Source: Podarcis tiliguerta (taxonomy: Eukaryota). From it: a stretch of 64,000 nt of DNA. Shown one piece after another: positions 13,025 through 23,695 of the stretch (positions are counted from its first letter, which is position 1; each line of letters starts with the position of its first letter). The position numbers and the translations under genes were made by a program. Below the pieces are notes generated by a model. It saw nothing but the letters and a program-made list of their open reading frames with translations. It did no database searches and was not told the origin of the DNA. The stretch lies in NCBI GenBank assembly GCA_965153285.1, contig OZ229115.1. The stretch is one strand, 5' to 3'.

Positions 13025-15740
13025 TTGTCTTGGACTTGAGATGTGTAATCGTAGTATCTTAGAACAAAAGAGGATTGTTGTTTCTATTTTTAATTGAGAT
13101 TGCTGACTCTGTGTCACCTCACTTCAGTGTCTAATTCAACCCTTGCTTTGGGGATGAGTTTCATCCCCAAACAACAGACTTATCTGTTACAGCAGGATTT
13201 GTCCCCTCTACCAGAGAAAAATAAATTCAACCTTGGTTCATTTAGGACTTTGTCATGAACTTTGAATGACAAACCTTCTTCTTCACACATGCCTTACTTT
13301 TTTTTGTTAGTTTTGCTTTAATTATCTCCAGAATTAGCACTGCTTCATTTTGTAGATCGAGTGTAGGAACACTCTAGCAAGACATTTTTCTAAACCCTCA
13401 ACAGGTGTGAAGCAAGTTGCAGCTGTCTCACTGGCCATGTAGCCCAGTTGCTTATTAGAATCTGAGCCAATTGGCCACTGCAACAGCTTTGCCCTTGCTC
13501 TGGCTATGTACACCCTATGCCATTAAAGCACATCTGAAACACATTCTTTCCCCTCAAAGAGTTACAATCCCAGTGAACCTTAACAAACAACAGTGTTCAG
13601 AATTCTCTGAAGAATGTGCTTCGAATTTGCTCTAAAGGTATAGTGTTTGTACATGGCTGTTTATCCAGTGAATGTGCAGTCTGTTGCATTTGTGCCTGAT
13701 TGGACGTCCTGCATATTTTTGAATGGGAGGTGAACTGGAGCACAACGGTTCCTCTGAGCAAGGCTATCCTCTGTGGGTTGAACAATGAGTGAAGCGCATG
13801 TGACATTGGTAGCCTGCTTTAGTATTGCCCAATAGAGGGGAAGTGGCTGAATAAGCCCTAAAAAGAAACTAGATAGGCAACTATCCAGAATGTTTTAGTC
13901 TGAAGGAATCTTGCTGGGGCAGGGGATTGGACTATATTGCCTCCAATGATATTTCTAATATTATTTAATTTAAAAGCAGTGCCTAGCACCTACCTTGCCA
14001 CAAAATGTTGCATCTATTTCCAAAACTGCCCTGTAAAAGTAAGATAGAAGCTTGTTTGTTTTTCAGAAGGACATGCCAGCGTGGACGGAGTTAATCCCCT
14101 CCAAGCCGAAGCTTGTAGTTTTGTTTTCTTTCAATTTATATCCTTCGCTTAAAAAGGGAGGGAGGAGGGGGAAGAAACGCCCGGCAGGTGACATATTCTA
14201 AGAGGGAGCAGCGAAATCGTGTTAACCACTTCAAAATCTCATATATTCAATCGGCCTCTGGCAAGACATCTGCCTAATGTTAGCGCTTAAATATCCTTTT
14301 CCATTTTACATGCATTCAAGTCTCATTTGAGTGAAATGAAACGGTATTATTAAAGGGAGATTTTGCACAAATGGCCTGAATTTGACATGTCAAGTTCAAT
14401 GAGGCTGTTACATATGTAATGCTGAGAAGGGGCTCCGAGGCTCCTGGCACTTGAAACAGCGCCAGTGGCTCAGAAATGAAATTTGCATGCAGCCCTTTCT
14501 CTCCCCACCCTTCCACTGCCTCCCACGGAATGCCAAGTAGCTGCTCATGCAGTACACAGCCCTGGGTTAGGATCCGGGGACAAGGGACAGTGCCCCATGG
14601 TGAAACACTGAAGGGATCGAGATGCTGGCCCCCCAAGCTCTATAGTTGACAAGATAAAACATTAAAAGAATCGCTGTGTTGAAAGGTGCCCCAGCTGCCC
14701 TCTAATCTGCCTCCACCCAGTCATGGCAGAATCCTCTGGATCCTTTATGCAACTCTTGCAAATGGACTTTCAGTCTTCTAATGTAAAGATGATGAGATTC
14801 TACAGTGACCTTGCTTATTTCCAATACATTTGCACATTTAAGCAATATCCAGGCATGTCTAACGTCAGTACCCAGCTTTATCAGCACCTAGCGTTGGCAG
14901 GTTCTCATGAATTGCTAAGGGCCCACTCAGCCAGGTTTCCAATCCTGGTGCAAATCCCAGTCTACTTTCCTTCCAGCTTTCCAGGTGATCAAGAGACTAG
15001 TGAGAGGCTGCACTCAAGGATAATGGAAGTGTTTGAGCACTCTCATTGGAGAGAGGCAACTTTCATGGTACTTTTCTCCTTAGAGAGGCGGTGGCACAAA
15101 AACCTGAAGCCCAAGCCCTGCTAACTCACCACCCGCCCATCTGTTCTATTGCTGCTGAATTAAAAGTGAATGGGAAGGTATCCTAACAAAGCTAGCTAGC
15201 ACTGTGGTTTTCTAACACTCACTGATTCAGGCTGTGCCACCTGCACTGATCCTACAGGTTCATTTGTAATTGTGGATTAGCACAACCTGAACAGTTTATG
15301 AGTGCACTGATTCAGCATATCTAGTGCTCAGAAATTTTTTTGTGTTAATAAGTGGCCCTACTATTTAACCAAAATCTGTGGGTTTTATTTAGTGTAGCAT
15401 TAAGCAGATAGTTCTCTCAGTGCAAGGATTTCTCCTTGTGCAGTGAAACACTTTCCCCCGTTCCTCCCCCAGCATACTCTCTAAATCTGTTCTGGGATTT
15501 CCCCTGACACTCTGGAGCAGATTTGGGGATGGCATGGGGCACACACAGAGAGGAAGAGAGGGGTTTTTTTGTTTGTTTTACTAGTGCAACTATTTCACTG
15601 AATACCACATTGTTCCTCTACATCACAACACATGCAGGAAGTTCCTTATTTAGAGAAATGGGTCATGATGTAGGACAGAAGCTGAGAGCTTCAAGATTCT
15701 GTAGGACAACTAGATCCATAGTATGGCTGCATCCTTACAT

Positions 15741-15875
15741 CAGGGATGGGAAACCTATGGCCCTCTAGGTGTTGCTGGACTCCAACTCTCATCAGTCCCA
15801 GCCTGCATGGCCAGCGGCCAGGGATAATGGGAATTGTAGCTCAACAGTGTATGAAGAGCCATAGGTTCCTCATGT
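15741..15875. mobile_element. Non-autonomous hAT-like DNA transposon (MITE), diverged
   Basis: cagggatgggaaacctatggccctc...ggccagcggccagggat...gccataggttcc. A related copy lies at 40193. Confidence 0.55.
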
Positions 15876-16137
15876 ATGTCAGGAACCTTGGTGGTCTGAG
15901 ATGAGTCTGCTCATTTATTTTTGCTGAGCCATATGTATGGAATGCACACCCAGTGCTTAAACTCCCCCTTCCTCCTGTATCAGTATTTTGGTATAACATT
16001 GCCAGCATCCTCCTATTCCATTAGCACTATTATGTAGACATAACAGGAGATAGTAGAGAGAATGAGATAAAAAACAGGGCTCTTCCAGATAACCAGTGTA
16101 CTGAGCATTCATCCTAATTTGTTTGTACACACACACA

Positions 16138-16281
16138 CAGTGCTTTTTTCTAGGGGGAAGAAGGGGTACACATACCCCTAAACATTTTGTGAATCTAAGT
16201 TTGGCCTCATTGAAGGGCAGTATTTCAATATGAGTAGGAAAATGAAAGTACCCCTAAACATTTTTAAAGGAAAAAAGCACT

Positions 16282-16282
<1 letters not shown>
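16138..16282. mobile_element. hAT-family MITE (TIR CAGTGCTTTTTT)
   Basis: Terminal inverted repeats cagtgctttttt / aaaaaagcactg. A second copy in the opposite orientation lies at 51035-51180. Confidence 0.85.

Positions 16283-16283
<1 letters not shown>

Positions 16284-16323
<40 letters not shown>
16284..16323. repeat. (CA)n microsatellite
   Basis: Direct reading; it abuts the hAT MITE. Confidence 0.95.
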
Positions 16324-16325
<2 letters not shown>

Positions 16326-18373
16326 TACAACATCACTATTGAACATTCAATTTGAGTGAGTGAAGGTTATATAGCATCACCTGACATTGCCATTATCTGA
16401 TACTCTCGAGTGTATTTTCCCATCACTTTTCTTACCACAAAAAATTATGTGGCTGTTTTTTTTGGAAGTGAATTTATTGTGCAAGAACTTAAGAGCACCA
16501 AATCCACTTTAATTGTGCAATCTAAATTTACTGGTATATGATAGAATCATACCTGCAAAATCGTGACAGTCTGGAAGTGGCCACACTGAGTATAATCACT
16601 GAGCACAGTCTTGAGTTCAGGTAAGACACTCCAGTTTGAAATACGGTGTTTTCTACACTTCTTTAATCATGAGTTGGGTTGATCCACTAGGAACTCACCT
16701 ATAGGGAGCTTATGAGCAGGTACCACAAAGTTCCCTGGGTAATCCAGCAGTTGACTGCGCCAGCCCTCTTCAGAATCCTCCTGAGAAACTAATCCCCAAG
16801 AGGTGTGCAAGATGTAATCCTTTCCCCCCAATAAGAATAAATGGAGTGCATAAAACATAAATAAGTCCCATTGTCACATGCCATGCATCAGGGTCACCGC
16901 TCTCACCTCTTGGCTCTCTTAGATTTACGCCCAGTGACATAAACCGGCCAGGCAACACACTCGTACCTCCAAAGCACCCAACACTCAGGTCTTACAGAGC
17001 TTTGAGCGAGGGAGATTAGAGACATTTATGAGTGAGGGCCTTTTTTCTTTCACAAAGCTCCATTGAAATACCTAGTAAATCTCTCACCTTAAAAGCAACC
17101 TGACAACCAAGCAGAGATCTAAAGAGACAGTGACTAGCCAGCATTACTCTCAGTGAGAATTAGACCCCAGTGGCCCCCCATCTCCCTCCATTCGCTAACT
17201 TTTTTCTCATTAGTTTCCCTTTGATTCCCCCCACCCATCAGCTTTTTAACATTTCATCCTTTCTTTCTTCCCTCTTCTCCTCCCCCTCCTTCCCATGGTA
17301 TCATGGCGACATCTCCAAGCCAAGTACTTTTAATTTCGCCTGTGGCCCTTGCTGACACCGTGGATATGCACAGCAAGTTAAATTCCCGCCTGATCAATAA
17401 AGCAGAAGCCGTGTGTCCGACCGGTCGATACTTTTTTATCTGTCTTCAGCCCAGTCCTGCTGATGACAGGCCTCTTGCGCATTGCCAAAGACACTCAAGG
17501 GCAACCGGGCTTTCAAAAACACGAGCACTTTAAATATATATATATCATTATTATTATTATTTTATTATTATGTTTATAATCTCCTCCAAAAAAACCCTCT
17601 AGTATATCCCTATAGGAAGATGGAAAACAGTTCACAGTGTTTGGCCTTTGCTTGAAACATTTTTATGATTTATCTTAATTTTTAATTGAAAAAAACTTGT
17701 GAATTAATTGATTTCTGGGGCTTGCCAATTAACATTGTAATTGGGTGCATGATAAATTCTGAGGCAGTGTAATTTTTTATTCTTGTCACCAAGAGGGGCT
17801 TGGTGAGGGCAGCTTTTTTCTGCATGTCCCCTCGCATAGAATGTACTCTACCTCCAAGGTACAGCCTTGCTTACTGCTAGCAGCTTCTTCAGAAAGAGAG
17901 ATCAGTAACCTATTCAGCTTTGCAAAATGGGATCTCTCAAAGGCATAAATTCATGCCTGGTAGATCTGAAGGAGAGGGCAGTTCCCTCACAAGGTTCTTT
18001 TCCTTCTAGTTTTCCCTTCCCATTCCACAGCATATACCTAATCAATGCTTCCTCCATTCAGTTATGGCTTAGAAAAGTGAAAGTCTTGAGCTGTTGCTCC
18101 TGAAGAGTAGTGTTGCCCGGTTGAAACTCTGGGAATATGCATATACCTTTGGATCTCCCAGTGCAATAGCAAATGAGGCAGCCACAGCTTATTCCATCCA
18201 TTCTTTCTCTTTCTTTGCACACTTGGAGCCCTGCTTGCCCAGCTTGCCACACAGCTGGTGGGTAGAAGAAGGGAGGCAGAAAGACTATGGCTACATTGTC
18301 TCCCACTTCTTGGAGGTGGTGGGGCTTCAAAATATATGAATATTTTGCAGGACACAACCTGGCAATACTATCT

Positions 18374-18630
18374 AGAAGAAGAAGAAGAAGAGTTTGGATT
18401 TGATATCCCGCCTTTCACTCCCTTTTTAAGGAGTCTCAAAGCGGCTAACATTCTCCTTTCCCTTCCTCCCCCACAACAAACACTCTGTGAGGTGAGTGGG
18501 GCTGAGAGACTTCAAAGAAGTGTGACTGGCCCAAGGTCACCCAGCAGCTGCATGTGGAGGAGCGGAGACACGAACCCGGTTCCCCAGATTACGAATCTAC
18601 CGCTCTGAACCACTACACCACACTGGCTCT
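18374..18630 (-). mobile_element. Young tRNA-derived SINE (Squam3-like, lacertid type) with (TTC)n tail
   Basis: Minus strand starts AGAGCCAGTGTGGTGTAGTGGTT...CCGGGTTCGTGTC. CpGs are intact and there is a (GAA)n run at 18375-18391 on the + strand. Confidence 0.85.
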
Positions 18631-19329
18631 AAAAATCTAAAAATAAGTTTGGCAATGGAGAGAAATAGAGGTGTTGTCAGGGCCTGGTCATTATGCTTTG
18701 GTAAGGGAATATGCATCACCCTGCTATGTAACATTTGAGTTGGCAGGTGGAGGAGATGCTCATCTTTAAAATTTAGAGGATACTTGTGGATCATCACCCA
18801 ATTGCTCAGGTTAAAGGCCCTTTTCCCAGTCTCATTCATTACCCATTACTCAAAGACCCTGTAGGCAGAACAGAAAGAAGAGGCAAAGAGGGTATACATA
18901 AAGAGGAATGGAGATTCAGGCCTTTACAATTTTCAACCAATAGAAGACTCATCAGCTTCTTCATAGTCCAGTGCTGTTAGCTGAAAGGTAAAGGTTACCA
19001 GAACGCCACTAGCGAGGAGATACGGTACCACAAACCTGTGTGTGGCACAACATCATTGGAGTCCAGCAGAGTCCACAAACTGTGCATAGACCAATGCTAT
19101 CACTAAACCTAATGTGGTTTGGTCTTTGCCTCATCCCTAGTTTATGTTCAGTGCAGATGAAGATGATTAATTCTTATTATTAATTTTGTTTAGGAATCAT
19201 TTAATTTATTAATCATTCCCATATATAAAACAGTTATATACATCAAAATAGTTGACACAATTGCACACATAAAAACAATTTTATACAAAACAATAATAAA
19301 TATAAAAAGGGGATTAAAACAACTATGTT

Positions 19330-19681
19330 CACATACATAAGATCAATTCAGGTCGCAACCTGGATAAAGATTTTGGAAGGTTTGTTGAAAGAGGAGCATC
19401 TTTATCAGGCATTGAAAAGGCAAAGAGAAGGCTGGGCAACCCAGACAAATGGGTGGAATACAAATAATAAAAATATTATTAAAAATTATTATTACTTGTC
19501 TGGTATGCAGTGGGAGGTGGTTCCAAAGGATAGGTGTCACTACACTAAAGGCCTGATTCTGGCATTGTACAGAACAGACCTGCTGATAGGATTCCCTCTT
19601 CTTCAGAAAACAGTAATTGGGTATGTAAGGAATGAAACAATCTTTTAGGCATCTTGGTATTTGTACACCAATACCAGCACC
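19330..19681 (-). mobile_element. Degenerate L2-like LINE fragment interrupted by a Sauria SINE
   Basis: ggttccaaaggataggtgtcactacactaaaggcc resembles the L2 3' region. It continues after the SINE as accagcaccttgaac. Confidence 0.45.
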
Positions 19682-20037
19682 CAGTGGGATGCGGGTGGCG
19701 CTGTGGGTTAAACCACAGAGCCTAGGACTTGCCAATCATAAGGTCAGCAGTTCGAATCCCCATGACGGAGTTAGCTCCCGTTGCTCGGTCCCTGCTCCTG
19801 CCAACCTAGCAGTTCGAAAGCATGTCAAAGTGCAAGTAGATAAATAGGTACCGCTCTGGCGGGAAGGTAAACGGCGTTTCCATGCGCTGCTCTGGTTTGC
19901 CAAAAGCGGCTTAGTCATGCTGGCCACATGACCCGGAAGCTGTACGCCGGCTCCTTTGGCCAATAAAGCAAGATGAGCACCGCAACCCCAGAGTCGGTCA
20001 CGACTGGACCTAATGGTCAGGGGTCCCTTTACCTTTT
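19682..20037 (+). mobile_element. Sauria SINE (Squam1), full length
   Basis: gggatgcgggtggcgctgtgggttaaacc...gttcgaatcc...aataggtaccgc...ggggtccctttaccttt. Target-site duplication TACCAGCACC at 19672-19681 and 20038-20047. Confidence 0.92.
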
Positions 20038-20621
20038 TACCAGCACCTTGAACCTATCTCAGTAGCTAATTGGCAGCTGGTGTACATACAGGTGTACATG
20101 CAGTCAATAGGTTTTACATTGATTGCTTCAGCCTTTGAAGGCATCCTACTTTCAGTGGGGAAATTGACAGTTATTCTGTAGTTAGCTACTGTGCCTTTAT
20201 TCATGAATATGTCAGCCTCTCTCCAGACTTATGCTCATATCATCAACTTTCATGCATCTCCATTTTCTTGGGTACAGGTATGCTACCTTTAGAGTGGTGT
20301 ATGCCCAAAAGAGTGTAAGTGAATGTTTCTTTCTCAAAAGAAAAGGCCAAGTAATTTTTACTTCAGGTTGAGTGTGGCCATCTTTTCTACAAATTCTTCA
20401 ACTATGCCTCTGTCAACATCCTGTGGTTTTGACAGGAACCTGATACACAAAAATTGCAGAGCAAAAGCTTTTTCTGGCATAGATAAAAGTTGTTGGAGGA
20501 GCTTCACCTCCTTAATTGCTGTGTCACAGGCTTCTAGTATAAGCACAGGAGCAAGAGGAGTTTGTTTTTTAAGGGTGGCAAGTTGTTTTGTGTTGTGATT
20601 TCAAACTTCTGTTCTTGACAA

Positions 20622-20972
20622 GGGAGCAGGTGATGCTGTGGTCTAAACCTCTTGGGCTTGCTGATCAGAGGGTCGGCAGTTCAGGTCAGCGTGACAGGAT
20701 GAGCTCCTGGTGCTCTGTTGCAGCTCCTGCCAACCTAGCTGTTTCGAAAGCATACCAGTGTGAGTACATAAATAGAAGAGAAGGTAAACGGTGTTTCTGT
20801 GCACTCTGGCACTTGTCACAGTGTCCCGTTGCACCATGCTGGCCACATGACCCAGAAAGCTGTCTGCGGACAAACTCCGGCTCCCTTGGCCTGAAGCGAG
20901 ATGAGCGCTGCACCTAATAGTCAAGTTTGACTGGACTTAACCATCCAGGGGTCCTTTACCTGTACCTTTACC
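20622..20972 (+). mobile_element. Sauria SINE, older copy
   Basis: Same architecture with a cctttacctgtacctttacc tail. Imperfect TSD cttgacaa/cttggcaa. Confidence 0.88.
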
Positions 20973-21886
20973 TTGGCAAACTGAATTCGTGCCCTGCCAT
21001 ATTTGCTATTGAGATGGGTTAGAGACCTGATTGTGACATTAGTGAAAATGGAGACATGGTGTGCTATTCAACTAAGTTTTTATTCACAGAAGACCCATTT
21101 AAATTAATGAACATGATTAAGTTTGGTCCATTAATTTCAGTGTGTCTACTTTGAATAAAATTGAGTTGAATACTACCCATGTCCTCTGTTGTTGCACCTC
21201 TTCAGTACTGGGACATTGAAGCTTGGCCTAACTTTGTGGCTGAGATTCTGAATGTGACTGAGCTTGAACTAGGCCTCAGAACACAAAAGTTCAAGCTCCA
21301 CCACATTCTCCCTGTATGACATTAAGTGAATCTGGCAACTCATCTGGGCCTCTGTTCCCCATGTGTATAGAAAGGTTAATAGAGGTTGTAATTTTAAATT
21401 TGTCAGTGATTGTGAGGCCACTTGGACATTTAGTTGTTGAAGGGTGCACCATGTGATGTGCAGGTAAGCTAACAAAGTGAACCCAGGTGCCCTGGTGAAG
21501 GGCAGAGTAGGGAGAAACATGGGCAGCAGAATAGATTGGGCAACTAAGCTCATTGAAAATGTCTCTAAGTCTTTTCCCCTGCAAGCAAAATTCAACTGTA
21601 GGCCAGTCCTTTTGGTGGTTTAACGCTACCAGCTGGAGAATAATTATTCCCCCATTACAGCTACAGTAACAAAGATCAGTCTCCACATTCCCTTCCCCCC
21701 TGGCTTGTATCTTGTCTTTATTTGTCAGACTGGCTTTATGTTTTCCCCCTCCTGTTGTTTTCTTTTCTGGGAAGAGTTAAGGAGCTGAATTTGTTGGGTT
21801 TCAACCCATAAGGAAAGGCAAAACAAAGCGGAAACCAAAATATAGCCATTTGGTTAAAAGAAAACACACACCCATGTTTCCCTTTA

Positions 21887-22101
21887 CAGTGGTACCTCGG
21901 GTTACAGACGCTTCAGGTTACAGACTCTGCTAACCCAGAAATAGTACCTCGGTTTAAGAAATTTACCTCAGGATGAGAACAGAAATCATGCGGCGGCAGC
22001 AGGAAGCCCCATTAGCTAAAGTGGTACCTCAGGTTAAGAACAGTTTCAGGTTAAGAACGGACCTCCAGAACAAATTAAGCTCTTAACCCGAGGTACCACT
22101 G
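21887..22101. mobile_element. Tc1/mariner (Tigger-like) MITE
   Basis: TIRs CAGTGGTACCTCGGGTTA / TAACCCGAGGTACCACTG, TA on both flanks, and internal caggttaaga repeats. Confidence 0.92.
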
Positions 22102-23487
22102 TACTTTATAACTTAGTTGATCTTATGGTGCAAGTGATTGCTTCATGGATTCTTATCCTGAAGCTGCTGTGTACAAATTGGAGATTACTGGCTATCGTGA
22201 GCTTGTGCAAGTGTTATTTTGTGTGGGGTTCCCCCACTGATAAATATACTGCAGGCTAATGGTCACTGGTCATCCTGATTTACAGGTTCTTGATTAGGGT
22301 TGTAACAAGAGGGCAAAAGATCACTATGGCCTGATTTTAGTGTGGGCAAGTCAATTGCTTGTATTGGAGTTTGGCTGCTTCAACAGATGTACCATTTCTA
22401 CCCTGCTGCTGATTTGGGGAAGTGCCAAGATGAGTCTCTTGGGGCTAGCATTTGCTTAGCATTGAGTGCCAAGCTTTTTAAAGTCTACCCCATTCCCTGC
22501 AGCACTACCCTCCCATTTTGTGAGGGTAGATTTGTTTTCTGCTTAGTTCTTTGATGGTCAGGTGGTTGCTCTCTCCAACACAACTGTACTATTACTATAG
22601 TAATTCTACTATTACTATTATTATTTATCAAAATTTCTATACTACCCTTCGTCTGAAGATCGCTGGGTAGTTTACAGTATAAAAGCACAAAAATTATACA
22701 GTAACAAACAAAAGCAATAACCCCTCCTCATAGACTTTCTCACTGTAACAGAATTGCCTGTGCTCCAATGTGTGGACTGGCTATTCTGCTATTATCTCTG
22801 AATGGTAGAATTAGTGCAAGGATAGAAGTGTGGTTGGGACATTCATTTACTTACTGTTGTAACAAGCCCTCAGAAACCTTTACTCTACACATTCTAGGCA
22901 GAAATCCCAAGTAGCTGTTTGCTGTGATTCAGTTTTAAAGAGCAGATTTTTGGGGGAAAGCTCCAGAGCAAAAAATAAAAGGGTGTGCGTGTGTGTGCTC
23001 GGACACAGAGCTTTAAAGTGTGGACCTGTTCCTGGAAAGAGCGGAGCAAATGGTAAGTAAGGATAAGCCCTAAGTCAAAATGAGTAGATGCTCCCTCTCT
23101 AATGTGGAGGTCAGGTGGAACTGAATTTATTGAGAAAAAGCTCCAATCCTAGCTCAGATAGCAAAGCACAGAGGCTACACCTGCCTTAGTACCACTTTCC
23201 AGGCAACTCTTACTTAAAGCTTTGGGTTGTTTCCAAATAACTCATCAGCCCGAGGATTTCTGCTCATGCAACAGAATTGCCCCTTTTTGTGTGTGCCCCC
23301 CGTTCCCTTCCCAGATCTTCTGTGGGTGGTTGGGCAGAAACCCAGAAGAGATTTAGGAGGGCCTGGGAGAGGGGGAGTTCCATTGTGCAAGCAGAAATTT
23401 TTGTGCTAATGGAGTGAGTTAGTTGGATACCTATGGCTGTACACCATGAAAATATAACAGGGTAGGATAGCAGGTGGGAAAAAGAAG

Positions 23488-23695
23488 GGCCGTTGCTCAG
23501 TAGAGGAACACATGCCTTGTGTGCAGTAGGTTACAGGTTCAATTCCCAGTATCTCCAGTAAGAGCTGAGAAAATATTCCTGTCAGAAATCCTAGAAAGCT
23601 GCTGCCAGTCAAAATAGAATCTGTACTGTCTGTATCAGTACTGAGCTTGATGGGCCAATGATTTGACTCAGTATAACAGCTTCCCATATTCCTAT
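23488..23695 (+). mobile_element. tRNA-derived SINE (Squam2-like), diverged
   Basis: gggccgttgctcagtagagg...ggttcaattcccag (A/B boxes)...gctgctgccagtc...cagcttcccatattccta. A shorter remnant lies near 34825-34930. Confidence 0.65.

Larger units (their letters stand above)
16077..16582. mobile_element. PIF/Harbinger-like MITE hosting a nested hAT MITE
   Basis: Ends GGGCTCTTCCAGA ... TCTGGAAGTGGCC with ACA on both flanks. The internal sequence resembles about 47680-47990. Confidence 0.5.

Noticed and set aside
19682-20037. tRNA gene (A/B boxes, GTTCGAATCC), here and at 45533, 18374 and 23488
   Set aside because: These are tRNA-derived SINE heads followed by SINE bodies, tails and in some cases TSDs.
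21887-22101. Regularly spaced caggttaaga units as a CRISPR-like array
   Set aside because: They are subterminal repeats of a Tc1/mariner MITE present twice. The context is eukaryotic with no cas genes.
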